From Chiloscyllium plagiosum (lineage: Eukaryota): a stretch of DNA of 64,000 bases. Made by a program: the position numbers and the translations under genes. Position 1 is the stretch's first letter, and each line of letters begins with the position of its first letter. The stretch covers positions 10,675,831 to 10,739,830 of the forward strand of contig NC_057751.1 of the NCBI RefSeq assembly GCF_004010195.1, in the 5' to 3' direction. The notes beneath the pieces were generated by a model. The model saw only the letters and a program-made list of their open reading frames with translations. It was not told the DNA's origin and did not search any database. Positions 12,052-25,760 of this stretch are shown piece by piece.

Positions 12052-13573
12052 CTAGAACTAGAACTCTGTCGGAAGCTCGAGAAGCGATTGCTGGGCCTCT
12101 TGTTGAGATATTTGTATCATCGATAGTCACAGGTGAGGTGCTGGAAGACTGTTTAAGAAGGGTGGTAAGGACAAGCCAGAATAGTATAGACCAGTGAGCC
12201 TGACATTGGTGGTGGGCAAGTTGTTGGAGGGAATCCTGAGGGACAGGATGTATGTGTAATCGGAAAGGCTAAGACCGATTAGGGATAGTCACCATGGCTT
12301 TGTGCATGGGTAATCGTGTCTCACAAACTTGATTGAGTTTTTTGAAGAAGTAACAAAGAAGATTGATGAGGGCAGAGCAGTAGCTGTGATCTATATGGAT
12401 TTCAGTAAGGCGTTTGGCAAGGTTTCCCTTGGGAGACTGATGGCCAGTTTAGGTCTCACGGAGTACAGGGAGAACTAGCCATTTGGATAAGAACTGGCTC
12501 AAAGGTAGAAGACAGAGTGTGCTGGTGGAGGGTTGTTTTTCAGACTGGAGGCCTGTGACCAGTGGAGTGTCATAAGGATCGGTGCTGGGTCCTCTACTTT
12601 TTGTCATTTACATAAATGATTTTGCGAGCATAAGAGGTATAGTTAGTAAGCTTGCAGATGACACCAAAATTGGAGGTGTAGTGGACAGCGAAGAAGGTTC
12701 CCTCAGGTTACAACAGGATCTTGACCAGATAGGCCAATGGGCTGAGAAGTGGCAGATGGAGTATAATTCAGATAAATGCGAAGTGCTACATTTTGGGAAA
12801 GCAAATCTTAGCAGGACTTGTACACTTTATGGTAAGGTCCTAGGGAGTGTTGTTGAACAAAGAGACTTGGGAATGCAGGTTCATAGCTCCTTGAAAGTGG
12901 AGTCGCAGGTCGATAGGATAGTGAAGAAGTCATTCGGTATGCTTTCTTTTATTGGTCAGAGTATTGAGTACAGGGGTTTGGAGGTCATGTGGCAGCTGTA
13001 CAGGACATTGGTGAGGCCACTGTTGGAATATTGCATGCTATTCTGGTCTCCTTCCTAAGGGAAAGATGTTGTGAAACTTGAAAGGGTTCAGAAAAGATTT
13101 ACAAGGATGCTGCTAGGGTTGTAGGATTTGAGCTACAGAGGGAGGTTGAATAGGCTGGGGCTATTTTCCCTGGAGCGTTGGAGGCTGAGGGGGTGACCTT
13201 ATAGAAGTTGACAAAATTATGAGGGGCATGGATAGGGTAGATATGTAAAGACTTTTCCCTGGGGTCGGGGGATCCAGAGCTAGAGGGCAAAGGTTTAGGG
13301 TGAGAGGGGAAAGAGATATAAGAGACCTAAGGGGCAACCTTTTCACGCAGAGGGTGGTACGTGTATGGAATGAGCTGCCAGAGGAAGTGGTGGAGGCTGG
13401 TACAATTGCAACATTTAAAAGCATTTGGATGGGTATAGGAATAGGAAGGGTTTGGAGGGATATGGGCCGGGTGCTGGCAGGTCGGACTAGATTTGGTTGG
13501 GAAATCTGGTCGGCATGGACGGGTTGGACCGAAGGGTCTGTTTCCATGCTGTACATTTCTATGACTCTATAAC
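12052..13573 (+). mobile_element. 5'-truncated CR1 (HER1-like) LINE with disrupted RT
   Basis: Peptides LGPLLFVIYINDF, SKLADDTKIGG, KCEVLHFG, LYRTLVRPLLEYC and FTQRVVRVWNELP. The 3' tail is ggaccgaagggtctgtttccatgctgtac..ctatgactctat. Stops and frameshifts are present. Confidence 0.93.
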
Positions 13574-13611
13574 TGCCAGAAGCAATTTGCCTCTCACTTA
13601 CTTTCACCAGT

Positions 13612-13718
13612 GATCTGAAGAAGGATCACCTGGACTTGAGAGGTAAACTCTGTGTTTCTCTCATCATAGATGTTGCCAGACTTATTGAACTTGTCCAGCA
13701 ATTCCTGTTTTTGTTCAG
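13612..13718 (+). mobile_element. Degraded PLE-type terminus with decayed hammerhead motif
   Basis: ctgaagaaggatcacctggacttgagaggtaa (GAAA lost) is followed by agatgttgccagac..tccagcaa, similar to the other PLE termini. Confidence 0.5.
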
Positions 13719-13924
13719 TCAGAAGTCATAAGGTTGGGCACAACAAAGGGTCTCAACTTAATTCATAATAATCAGTGCAATGTATTTTAGAGGTTTGAGG
13801 CAGTAAAGGACATTTGTCCATGATTATTACCGTAAATAAATTATTTCTATTATTCATTGTTGTCCTTCTTTGACAGGCGTACTGCGAAACGGGAATATCA
13901 GTGGCACTACAATCAATAGTTCTC

Positions 13925-13953
13925 TTTCCATGCTGTACATCTCTATGACTCTA
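13925..13953 (+). mobile_element. Extremely truncated CR1 3' tail
   Basis: tttccatgctgtacatctctatgactcta is nearly identical to the tail at ~13541-13569. Confidence 0.65.
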
Positions 13954-16900
13954 ATTACTTGGAATGTCTTGCATCTTTCCTTGAATGAAGGTGTCACATT
14001 TACTTCTTTCTAACTCTCTGGCATTTCCCCCCATATCAAGAAAAGATTGAAAGATGAAAGCAAACGTTTTTGCTATTTCCACCTTCCGTTTCCTGTGCAA
14101 CCTGGAATTCAGGAACTGACTGCTTCCTTGGCTCACATTAGTGAACTGATGTGGTCCTACCCAGGAACAACACCATCTTCTCTATTCTTTCAGTCAGTTG
14201 AAAGATCTCGGAGATTTTGGTTGTCTCGTTCCCATGCATGTTGAGAGCCAGAGTTGGAACCAGTTCAGAAAACAGTAAATGTTTCTGCTGCAGCTTATTG
14301 AGCCAACTGGCTTGCTCTTCTGACCAGAAAGACAATCACTTCATGTTGTAGCAGTTGTTTATCATTTGTAGCTTTTTTGGAACTCTTCCAGGACCATGTC
14401 TGATAAGAATCATTTTGACTAAGTGAAAAGAAGCAGAAACGTCCTCAGGTCTATTTCAGATCATTAAACCAAAACCTCTCTGGTAACATGATATATCCCA
14501 TGGTCTCTGAAGAAGGGCATTGATGTTCTCCCAGTAGCCTGACTAATTTTATCCTTAAAACAACACATTATCTGGTCTTTACCACATTGTGAGGGCTTGG
14601 TGTGCAGTGATTTTGTGTTATGTTTCCTTCTTTGTAGGAGTTCCCAACGTGTCTTTCTTTATCATCCAGGAATGCTCAATGAATGTTACAAGGTGTGTCA
14701 GCCACACAAACTGAGGTTTGTGATTATATCATGCTGTGATTCATTCTTCTCTTTGAGCTCCTACCACCAATTCAGTACAACGTGCATGGAGTCTTCGATA
14801 TACAAAGTTTTGAATGAATAGTGTCATCCCATACAGGTTGTAATTTTCAATATCTGACAAAGAAACATTTCTTGGATGTAAAAATGGCTGCTTTACGTTG
14901 TCCTGCCCTGTAGACTTGCAGACAAAACCCTTTGGGCGCAGACTTCACATGGAACCAGTTTGCAATCCAAGGACTGCCTTTGGTCTTGATACTGAGCAAC
15001 AGGACACACTCAGTAACCTCTGGTGGTTATTTGTCAGGCTGAAATTTATACACTAGCTCGTTCCGAAGTGGAATTCTTTCGCAATTGTCGCAACTGTAAT
15101 TTTATCTTCCCAATTAATGACAAAATTAATTAGACAAATTACTTTTGAGCTGCCTTGGTAAATAGTTGCCTCGAGCTTGCTACTTTCTGTCAGTGCAACC
15201 TGTTTGTTTCCAGAATCTGAGCCATTGTCCTCTCAAATATCAATTGAGGTTGACATTCCTATCTCCCACTGACTACTCTACAGTTACCCACGCCCTTGGC
15301 CAATTTATTGCATTGTCTTTGTTTGACTCTCCATTCAGTTTAGTTAAAGCAGCAGCAATTCCATGTCGGATCTTGTCAAACGGATTTAAAAGTCAAGGTT
15401 GGTCCAGGTTTAAAAAACAGTTGTCACTCCTTAGAGAAACAAAAGAGTAATGGAAAATGTATCTTAAACAGCTGTTATTTCCTGCGCATGATCAATGGTG
15501 TTTTATTCAAGTTGTGAATTGATTTTGTTCATAAATGTCATTCTTGGACTGTAGGTTGTGCTGGTTCGGCCAACATTTATTGACCATATCTCATTGCCCT
15601 TGAGATGTTGCTGAGCCATCATCTTGAACCAGTCCAGTCCTTGTGTCGAAAGTACTTCACAGTGCAAAGGAGGGATTACTAGAAATTTGAACCAGTATAG
15701 CAGAAAGAACAGTGTTAGAATTTTTCTGCAGTGTTAGCCACACTTGATCCAATGAGCAAAGACTTGTGCCTTCACAACCAAACCAAAATAAGCATGAAGT
15801 AAACATGAAATAGGAGGCAAATTGCAGTAAATAACCCATTTAAATAACAGATGCAACAAGGATAGATCTCAATGACAGAGTAGTTTCCTCTACAGAGATG
15901 ATACCAATTTGAGCTTCAAAGTTAGGAACTTCCTCCGGTTGAATTCCATTTCCTTTTGTTTGAGTACTTAACCACTGCTCCTTTTCAAACCCAGCTCGAG
16001 TTCCCTGTCTGTGGTCTTCTCTGAAGTGCTCCACTTGTGCCGAACTAGTTCATCTCAGCCTACAACAATTTTGCTGACATGAATTCACCAGAAATGCCTT
16101 CCCTCTGTCATAACCCTCCTTTTGTTCTGAAGCAGAAACGTTTACTTCTCCTTGAATCCATTCTCTGATCCAGTCTTGGTGTTTGCTGTTTTCCAACTGT
16201 GCCACAGCATCTCTCTTGCAAAGCTGGTGTGAGTTTTCACATTAGCTTGTGGGTTATGTGGGCATGTTTTGCATCTCACACCAGATCATGGGTTCATGAG
16301 TTCCTATTTCCTCTTGAAGGTCAGGCCGTCAGAGGAAGCATGACATGCTGAAAGCATCCCCATTGCCAAAGGGAACAGTAGCTCTACTTTGCAGAATTAT
16401 CTTGTAAAAAAATCTCTTTCATGAGATGTCGATATTGTTGGATGCTCTTTTCTTTGCCCGCTTGAACTGACTGGCTGACTAGGGCCATGTCACATGGTGG
16501 TTTAAAGTCACCACATTGCTTGGTCTCTACAGTCACATGTTAGGCCAAACCAGGTAAGGGCGACAGTTTTCCTTCCCCCAAAGGACTCTTGTGAACCAGT
16601 TGGATTTTAGAACAATCGAAAACTTGTAAAATCAGACGTTCATTGCTTCAGATTTCACCTGTTGGGATTGTAACCATGTCCACACGATATGAGCCTGAGT
16701 CTCTGGATTACTTGAATAATGACAATGGCACTGAGCCACCAACTGACCTCCAGGATAAGTGCCAGATACAGGCCACCCCTCCACCCAAAACACTCCTGGA
16801 GATTCCCTGTGCACATCATCTCTCTTCTCCTGGTCACATGAACTAATAGTGCCAGGTATCATCACTTCCAAGTCAGGGATGGGGTGTGATTTGCAGAGGA

Positions 16901-19329
16901 GCATGGAGGTGATGGTGTACTGATACTGGTAATGGTGTCCTCTATGCCAAGTTGCAAAGAAGGTTGAGAAATATTGTCACTCATTTTGAAACAATTGCTT
17001 GTGACTGGTCCCTCACAATTATGTTCTCCAGCATCTTCCAAACCCACAACTCCTATCACCAAGTTGAACAAAGGCAACATAAGCACAGCCACACCATTGA
17101 CCTTCTAGTTCCACCATTGCACAGCAGCAAACTGATATGGCTGGTCTTTCCCTCATATCAGGTCAAAGTCCTGGAGCTGTCTTCCAAAAGAGATATATGG
17201 ACGCCCTTGCATTCAAAACTGCAGTAGTTCAAGAAGATAGCTTACCCCCATCCTATCCAGGGCATTTGGAAAGTGGAATAAATGATGGCCTAGTCAGTGT
17301 TGCCGACATCCCATCAATGACTTGAAATAAAAAAATCTGCCAGTGACTTCGAGGACAGGAATTGTTTGGATATCATGTGAATAATCAGAGTCTTAATAAT
17401 TTTCAGTAGGCCAGCATATTTTCTTCTCTTTAATCTAAATTCCTGCAATTATTTGCAGGCTTCTGCTTGAGGCTGCTTTCAGCTGGTGTCTGAGACTGGT
17501 ATCAGTCAAGGAAAAGAATTGGAGAGGAATTTTCAAGGTGCTTTTTTGCAAACAGTCTTGGGTTCTTCACCTGTTCTTTCATCTCTCCTGGACAGTTATG
17601 TGGCTTTCAAGTCAGGACTGTCATGTAAATGTTGTGTTGTATAAGGTGACAGAATGGACAGTGGGTCTTGAACGGTCTGTCATCATTTGAATGTCATAAT
17701 TCGGGTCGAGCAACCATGGCTTGACTGTGATCAACCATTTTGCACCAACTGAAGTGGAATTGGTCAATACTGTCATGAGAGGGCGCAGTATGATTGGGTT
17801 TAAGGAATAATCCCAAGTGTCTTTCAGAAAAGGAGGATTAGGCCATGAAGTATTGGATGGTTATTCAACTCAATGTGCTGATCCTGTTCTTGAAAATGAC
17901 TTGCTGTCAAGAAATGTATACGTTTGAGGGCAGATGTTCTCTGAACTGTGCTTGGTTTGGAAAGGGCAGAGCAAAAAAGGAAGTTGCTTGGATTAATTGA
18001 AGTTCACTGTCTATTTAAAATCTGAGATGAGTTCCATGATTGATCTGTGGTTCCCCCAATGAAATTTTGTTCTTCCTGTCTGTTCTGTGTTCAAGTGATC
18101 CTTTAAGGCCAGACTGAAAAAGAGAAAATCTGTGTTTCAACATTTCATCGAAATGTGGAAAATAGGAGTAGACCAGTCAGCCCTTCAGACCTGCTCTGCT
18201 GCTCTTTATGAATGTGGCTGATCATACAATAATTACCTATCTTGTTAATTTTAGTCAGAGCTGACTGTTGACAGAGAGCCATGTCAGTCTGAAGGATTGG
18301 GGGAGAAAGAAGGGGAAGGGTTGTGAAACATCTCTGAACTGCACAGAGCTTTCCTTTCATGGCATTTTGTGTCACCTTGCCTGTTTGACAAAATGAATAC
18401 CTTTTAATTTAAGGTTCCTACTCTCAACAGCAAAGGTTGATTTTGATTGCTGCGATGCAAAGGCTGGTTCAGATTTGTTTACTCTCCTGACTGCTGGAGT
18501 GTAAAAATACCCGCCTCATGTTAGCCTTGCTGCTTTTGGACTAGCTGGCATTCCAAGGGACCTTGCTTGAGTTGGTGTCAGTGGACTGATTAGAATTCCT
18601 TCTGGCCTCCAACAGTCCTGGCCCATCTTCACCCTTTGTCAGGTTCATGTTACAGCCGAACTGGGGTTTTGCTCTTCTGATCAGGGCACAGAAAAAGCAT
18701 GTTAGAAAGGCACTATTACAGTAATTGTGGGAAATCAATTCACTGGTGGATTGGGAAGATTAGGAATGTCGTGGATCTCAAGAAAGATTAATTGTGGAAT
18801 GTCTAGAAGATAGTTTGCCCAGCATTCCCCCCCCCCCCCCTCCAAAATCATTTAGTCCTTTTTGTCTGAAGTTGAACCTTCTGCAATTGAACTGTAACTC
18901 TGTTGCGACACAAGTTAAAAGTGTGCTGCTTTTGTTCTCCATCTCAACAAATGGAGCTCTCAAAAGAGGCACTATTTCTAAAACGTCCTATGTCTGTTTT
19001 GGTGTATGAAGTCATTCGCTCCTCTGTGATCTTTTCCAAAGGCTCTTTGCACTGAATAGCACCCTCACCTAGGTTTTATTCATTCTTGCTCTCACTGTCA
19101 GTTTTCTCAGGTGCTTTCCGTCATTTTGCATGATGATAGGTCCATACTGAATTTGGAATTTAGGAACGGGACAGGAGAGAGGATCATTTTGAGTCATTGT
19201 GTTGAATTAAGTATATGCTTAAGAGCGGTGGAAGAATGTGATCTGACCCTAGCTGTGTCTGCATTCACCCCTTTAACCCTCCCCTGCAGATCTAAATTCC
19301 CCAGTTGCCCATTTTACAAGATATTTTGT

Positions 19330-20290
19330 TGACAAAAATGGCAGGTAGCCACTTCACTCTTCGTCATGTTGTGGGATTGCACTCCCATGGTGAAGAGCAG
19401 ATGGCTGGAGCCTGCAAACTGGAAATTCTGAAACTGATGTAAAGCTTCAGAAGAATCGCAGATATAAATGGCGAGGAGCTGGATGGGGGAGAAGAAATCA
19501 GGTTGAAGTCGGATGACCTGAATTCTGTGGGGCAGGAGCCAGCAGGAACAGCAGGTCTTTCTAGGCAATCCTGTTTGTGAATGTTGGGAAGAAGCTACAA
19601 GTGAGCAGTGTGGGGTTGGGGGACAGTCAGCTTGGAGGCACTGGGAGGGGAGCCCACCAGATGGAAGGAGCTTCTTTTCATTGTGGACTCAATGGTCTGA
19701 TGGTCAATGTTGGGGTCATGTTCCAGAGGGAGAATGGAGGAGGTGTCCGAGAGCTGGTGATCAGCCTCCGTAATGTATTGGTCAGTACGCCAGACAACAA
19801 CAGGCAGGCTTTGTCAGTCACTTGATCATCAGTCAGGTTAAGATCTCAAGAGTACGGAATGCACCCAGTTCAGAGGGGGAGAAGTTTAAATGGGTAAGGG
19901 GGCAGTGAAATTGAAGCAACCAGTGTCACATAGACTGTCCTTGATGAACAGGTTGAATGCACATAAAAAGCCTGAGGGAGGGGTACAAGTGCAGGGAGAG
20001 TGTTGGAAGCAGGTGAAGGTTTCTGTTGGATGGGCAGAGGACTCTGGTCCAAAGGAATAGGTGTAGAGGCAGAGGTGGCAGAAGAAAGATTCACTTTCAT
20101 GTTGTGGCTGAAATTCATGGAGGTGGGAGCGTAGAGGGGGTAAAACCTGAGATGCTGAGTACAGAACGTTCAGCATCAGAAAGTGGAAGGTCACAAGGAA
20201 CAGTGAATACATTAAAAGGTTCGGGAAGCAGAGGAAGGTTTCACAGGAGCCTAGTTAGGTTTCAAGTGTTGCAGATTTGAAGTTGTTCCT
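19330..20290 (-). mobile_element. Old degraded PLE internal fragment
   Basis: The reverse complement near 19780-19830 (gacaaagcctgcctgttgttgtctggcgtactgacc) aligns by eye to the DKRGAVVVWRTNLY region of the element at ~22690. Confidence 0.55.
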
Positions 20291-20307
20291 TATGCTTTGC
20301 TAGTGTA

Positions 20308-20532
20308 CAGGTATCCCCCACTATCCGAAAGTGGACCATTCCTTTGAAACCTTTCATTAGCCAAATTAGTGTAAAGCAAAGAAGCGTTAATTTATGTGGG
20401 AAAAACTTTGCCTTTATTTGTAAAAGTGAAAATCCTCTTTGGATTTCTTTCAGTTAGCAAAAACAGGTACTAATGTAGGTTTTTGTAAAAGTGAAGTGCT
20501 GTAAAGCGAACTTTTGAAAAACGGGATACCTG
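20308..20532. mobile_element. MITE derived from a Tc1/mariner/pogo (Tigger-like) transposon
   Basis: Terminal inverted repeats CAGGTATCCC...GGGATACCTG with TA on both sides (20306-07 and 20533-34). It is 225 bp and non-coding. Confidence 0.8.
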
Positions 20533-21409
20533 TACAATGCTAAAGATTTTTCTGAGCTCAGGCATTCAGCTGGGAGAATAGAGAGGAAGTTGACTCACTC
20601 TTTGATGAATCTCCCAACAGATGATTTGCGAAGGAGTAAGATTCAAGGGTGTGTCTGAGCATTTCTGTGCAAATATTTGCAGGATGTTTCGACTAAATGT
20701 AATTTAACTGTGTTGTTCTTGATGTTGTTTTGGTTTTGGTTTTGGAAGCAGGACAGCATTTATTAACTTTTCATCATCTTTTTCTGGTATTTGTCTCGTA
20801 TTCCCTCCAGTGGATGCTGGTAGTTCGAGGATGTCCGTGACAAATTTGTGATTGTGGCTGTTTCTCCTACCAGAAGTAAGGCTTAAACATGGGTAAATAT
20901 GAAGCAGCAAGCAGTGACGCAGAAAGGAAAAGGGATTGAAGCAGTGAAATCAGCATCTCTCTGCTTTAACTGACATCCTGTGCCTTTCAGTTGAAGCTGA
21001 ACTAAATTAACATCTGTTGATTGTTGCCTGACAGATGTACTCTTGTAAAAGATATTCAAGTATTTGTGGAAGTCGTGGCTCGATAGTCAGGTGTTGTTTT
21101 GAACGACTAGCATTTGGGGTCTGTTTGTGACATAGGGCTGGTTGTTAACATGCTGTGTTTCACAAGACAGCAAAAGGAATTATTGCCTGACTTGCTAATT
21201 GTTGGGATTTGTTAGCTGCCCACAGTTTCTAGTCATTGCGTTTGTAATCTGAGTTCAGCCAAGTGTATCTGCTTTCTTATTCAGTTTACCCTCTGTGCTT
21301 TAAGGTATTTGGAAGTTGTTTTTCTTTCACCTCAGGAAGATGCAGTTTTTGAGCTGGATTGCTTTCATGCACTGTTTTGGAGCTGGTCTTAGCTTGGGCT
21401 CCTGTAACA

Positions 21410-24400
21410 GGCCACATTCTGAAGCAGACTCGTTACCACAGCCACATCTCCTTCCTCAATGCCTGCCTGCGGAACTGAACTGTTCCCGAATGGACTCTGG
21501 ACTATATTCAGACCATCACATTTTGGACCTGTTCAGGACGACAGCTACCTACAGCAAATCCAAAGCCTTCAGAAACGGTTCTCCCTCTGGATCATCCGTT
21601 CCATGTTCGCAGCTATGCGCATCCGTGTGTCACCACCTACTCTCCCTGTAGTCAGCCTTGCGTCAGCTCAGGGCCACACTCTCCCAGACGTGCAAAGGAC
21701 CTTTGCTATTCTTCATCCTGAGAAGAATTCACACACTCAACAAATGCTTTCTCTCTACCGTATCGAACATTGGGGAACATTGGGGAACTAACCTTCATGT
21801 ACTTACCTCCAAACTCCCTCAATCATCCCAGAGGCTTCTCCCGGCCTCTGGAACCACTCGGACATCATGAGGCATGCGGCAGCTCCAGGCACCACCACCA
21901 AACGCTGCCATCACTTCTGTCCCACTGCCCCATAGACTGCAGCCACCGCCAACAATACCATCTCTGTGATCACCGGCAAGACAACCGCCTTTTCAACCGC
22001 TGCAAGAACCACTGCCGCTGAAACCACCCTGGAGTCTCCTCGGCATGTCACTTTCATTCCAATAGTTGCCGCCGCCGCAGCCACTTCCACCCCCCCATTG
22101 ACTACACTCACTGGAACACTGTAGATGACACTGCGAACATCATGTGTTATGTCACTTCTGCCCCCCTGACTACCCCCCAGGGTGAGGGTCACTTCTGTTG
22201 GTGACATTACCCACAATCCCATAACCACACCCACTCCAGAGACAGTCTCCACCCCACACTCCCAGTTCCAGCCCCACACCAGCTCCTATCTCCCAGCCCT
22301 GCCATGTTTTTAACCATCACCCCAGATCTCCCCCTCACTGAGGATGAATGATCAGACCTCACCTTCATCCCCCTATGCTCCCGAATCAATGAATTCAACA
22401 CGTGTTGGACATTGAAATGTTCTTCCGCCGCCTCTGCCTCCATGCTTACTTTTTCCATCAGGACTCCCACCCATTCTTCAAGGACCCTTCTCCTGTCTCC
22501 AACGCACCTCATCCACCTGGACACCCTGTGCTGGTCTGTTATCTGCCCTCGATCTCTTAATTTCTAACTGCCACCATGACATTGACTATCTCAACCTGTC
22601 CACCCCCTCACCCACTCCAACCTCTCACCCTGGCAATGTGCAGCCATCCACTCCCTCTGCTCCAATCTCAACCTCACCATCAAACCAGTGGACAAGAGGG
22701 GCGCGGTGGTAGTTTGGCGCACCAACCTCTACATCGTTGAAGCCAGGCACCAACTCGTGCCACCCCCTCCTCCTGTCCCCTTGACCACGACTTCATCTCC
22801 CATCACCAAACCATTATCTCCCAGGCTATCCACAACTTCATTACCTCAGGGGATTTCCCACCAACTGCCTCCGACCTCATAGTCCGGGAACCCCGAACCG
22901 CCTGGTTCTATCTCCGACCCAAAATTCACAAACCTGACTGCCTTGGTGGACCCATCATCTCAGCCTGCTCCTGCCCCACCAAACTTATTTCTGTACATCT
23001 TGACACAGCCCTGTCTCCCTTGGTCCAGGATCTCCCCACATACGTTTGGGACACCAATGCCCTCCACCTCCTCCATGATGTTCATTTCTCCAGCCCCTAA
23101 CGCCTCATCTTCACCATTGACATCCTGTCCCTGTACGCATCCATCTGCCATGATGAAGGCCTCCAAGCCCTCCATTTCTTCTTCTCCTGGTGACCCCACC
23201 AGTACCCTTCCACTGACACACTCATTTAGTTAGCTGAAATGGTCCTCGCCCTCAACAGTTTCTCCTTCAAATCCTCCCACTTCCTCCAAACCAAAGGGGT
23301 AGCCATGGGTACCCACATGGGTCACCGTTTTGCCTGCCTCTATGTCAGGAACATGGAACAGTTCACATTTCGCAGCTACACCGGCATCATTCCCCACCTT
23401 TTCCTCCGCTCCATCAATGACTGTATCGGCGCCACCTCGTGCTCTCACAAGAAGGTTGAACAGTTTAACAACTTCACGAACACCTTCCACCTCGATCTCA
23501 AGTTCACCTGGACCATCTTGGACACCTCCTTCCCTTTCCTGGACCTCTCCATCTCCATTTCTGGCAACTGACTCAACACAGACTTCAAACCTATCGACTC
23601 CCACAGCAATCTGGACTACGCCTCCTCCCGCCCTGCCTCCTGTAAAAACACAATTCCTCCGCCTCCGTCGCAGGTACTTCCAGGAGGACAAATTTCACCA
23701 CAGAACATCCCTGACAGCTTCCTTCTTCAAACATCACAATTTGTCCTTTCAAGTGGTCGACAGTGCCCTTCAGCACATCTTCTCCACAGTGCACATCCGC
23801 CCTTGAATCTCACCCCTCCCAATGCAACTTGGACAGAAACCCCCCCCTCCCGTCCTTGCCTCCCATCCCAACAACCTCCATATACATTGCATCATCATCC
23901 GCCATTTCTACTTGCTACAAACAGACCCCACCACCAGGGATATATTTCCTTCCCCAACCCTAATCTGCATTCTGTAGAGACCATTCCCTCTGCGACTCCC
24001 TTATTAGGTCCACATCCCCCAGCAACCAGCCCTCCACTCCCAGCAACTTCCCCTGCCACCACCAGAATTGCAAAACCCGTGCCCACACCATCCCCTTCAC
24101 CTCTGTCCAAGGCCCCAAAAGGATCCTTCCACATCTGACAGAGATTTACCTGTACTTTCACACACATCATCTACTGTGTCCGTTGCTCTCAATGTGGTCT
24201 CCTCTACATCGGGGAGAGGGGATGCCAACTTGTGGAATGTTTCTGAGAACATTTCTAGGACACACGCATTAAACAATTCCACCACCCTGTGGCCGAACAC
24301 TTTAATTCACCCTCCCACTCCACCAAGGACCTGCAAGTCCTGGCTGCTTCCACTGCCAAACTCTAGCCACCCGATGCCTCATCTTCTGCCTTGGGATCCT

Positions 24401-24721
24401 CCAACCACACAAGATAGAATGTGGATTTCACCAATTTCCTTATTTCTCCTCTCTCCACCTTATCCCAGCTCCAACCCTCCAACTCGGCACTGCCTTCTTG
24501 AACTACCCTCTCCACCCTCCTCTCTGACCTATCACCTTCACCCCCACCTATCGCGTTCCCACCTTGCTTCCCACCCAGTCCCACCCCCCTTCCCATTTAT
24601 CTTTCAGCCCCCTTGTGCCACCCCCTCATTCCTGATGAAGAACTTATGATCGAAACATCAACTCTCCTGCTCCTCAGATGCTGCCTGACTGGCTATGCTT
24701 TTCCAGCATCACGTTGTTTGA
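21410..24721 (+). mobile_element. Near full-length decayed Penelope-like retroelement, Neptune-type (RT + GIY-YIG)
   Basis: Disrupted ORF with DKRGAVVVW, FYLRPKIHKP, FTIDILSLY, QTKGVAMGT, FLRSINDC (YIDD position) and FPFLDL, a Cys linker CHHQNCKT, and the GIY-YIG motif IIYCVRCSQCGLLYIGE at ~24166-24216. The 3' terminus has a hammerhead remnant. TSD CTCCTGTAACA at 21399-21409 and 24722-24732. Confidence 0.92.
24628..24663 (+). ncRNA. Degraded hammerhead motif in the 3' terminus of the long PLE
   Basis: ATTC-CTGATGA-A-GAACTTATGATC-GAAA-CATC. The core is present, but stems I-III carry mismatches. Confidence 0.6.
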
Positions 24722-25401
24722 CTCCTGTAACAAACCAATGAATCATTATACTCCGCAGTATCGAGCTATGGTGTACAGATCACTGGCAGATGTTTCTGAG
24801 GTGATCAATGGAGCAGGCATTTGATACACTGAAAGTGGATTGAAGTTTCCTTAACCAGGGAAATAGAATGCTCCAACCAGCTTCCTAGTTACAAGGTCAT
24901 AAATTGGTGACTCCTTCTGTTCTTGGGAAAATAGACAAATGGAAAGTGTTGATGTCCAAATGCAGTAGCAGTAATTTGGAAGGCAGCAGATATGTTGGCC
25001 TTGATTGTAATAGAATTTGAGTACAGGAGTGAAGATATCTTGCGTCAATTGTACAGAATCATTGTGAGGTAGTGTCCTGGAGTATTGTGTACAATTTTAG
25101 TCCTCATCTCAAAGGAAGGATGAAGTTGCACAAAGGGAGTGCAGTGGAGTCTCACGAAGCTAATTCCTGGAATGATAGGACTGACCAATGTGGAGATATT
25201 TTCGCAGGGTTTGCCTTCATTCTGCAGAGTTGAGAATAACGTGAGGTGACCTCATTGAAATGCACAAAATTTATAAAGGCTCATCACAATGGACGCAGAC
25301 AGTATTTTTCCCTGAATGGGGAGTTTTTCTCTTCGAGGGAACAGTCTCAGAATAAGGGGCAAGCCATTGTGTTTCATGTTCATTGGCATGAGGATGTCTC
25401 T

Positions 25402-25534
25402 AGGTAAAAACAATGACTGCAGATGCTGGAAACCAGAGTCCAGATTAGAGTGGTGCTGGAAAAGCACAGCAGTTCAGGCAACATCCGAAGAGCAGGAAAA
25501 TCGACGTTTCGGGCAAAAGCCCTTCATCAAGAAT
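25402..25534 (-). mobile_element. Solo PLE terminus with hammerhead motif (core C-to-U)
   Basis: Reverse complement of 25499-25534 reads ATTC-TTGATGA-A-GGGCTTTTGCCC-GAAACGTC-GATT. Same variant as 42808-42907. Confidence 0.8.
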
Positions 25535-25539
25535 AAAGT

Positions 25540-25760
25540 AGACCCATTCCCCTCCACCTAACACTATGGACAATTTAGCATGGCCAGTTCACCTGACCTG
25601 CCCATCTTTAGACTGTGGGGGGGAACAGAAGCACCCAGGGGAAACCCACGCAAACACTGGGACAATGTGCAAACTCCACACAGACAGTTGCCCGAGGTGG
25701 GAAATGAACCAGGGTCCCTGGCGCTATGAGACAGCAGTGCTAACCACTGAGCCACCGTGA
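25540..25760 (-). mobile_element. HE1-type tRNA-derived V-SINE
   Basis: Reverse complement starts cacggtggctcagtggttagcactgctg (A box), followed by the V-domain gtgtggagtttgcacatt..gcgtgggtttcc. Confidence 0.88.

Noticed and set aside
14505..14530. CTGAAGAAGGGC resembling the start of hammerhead type A
   Set aside because: No GCCC-GAAAC follows, and the context looks like an old SINE.
18827..18840. Poly-C/G tracts (also ~3-17, 777-793, 41737-41752, 47968-47984)
   Set aside because: Simple homopolymers whose lengths are unreliable in assemblies; no evidence of function.
25700..25760. tRNA-like A/B boxes (also ~48190 and ~53700)
   Set aside because: They are SINE heads followed by V-domains, not complete tRNA cloverleaves.
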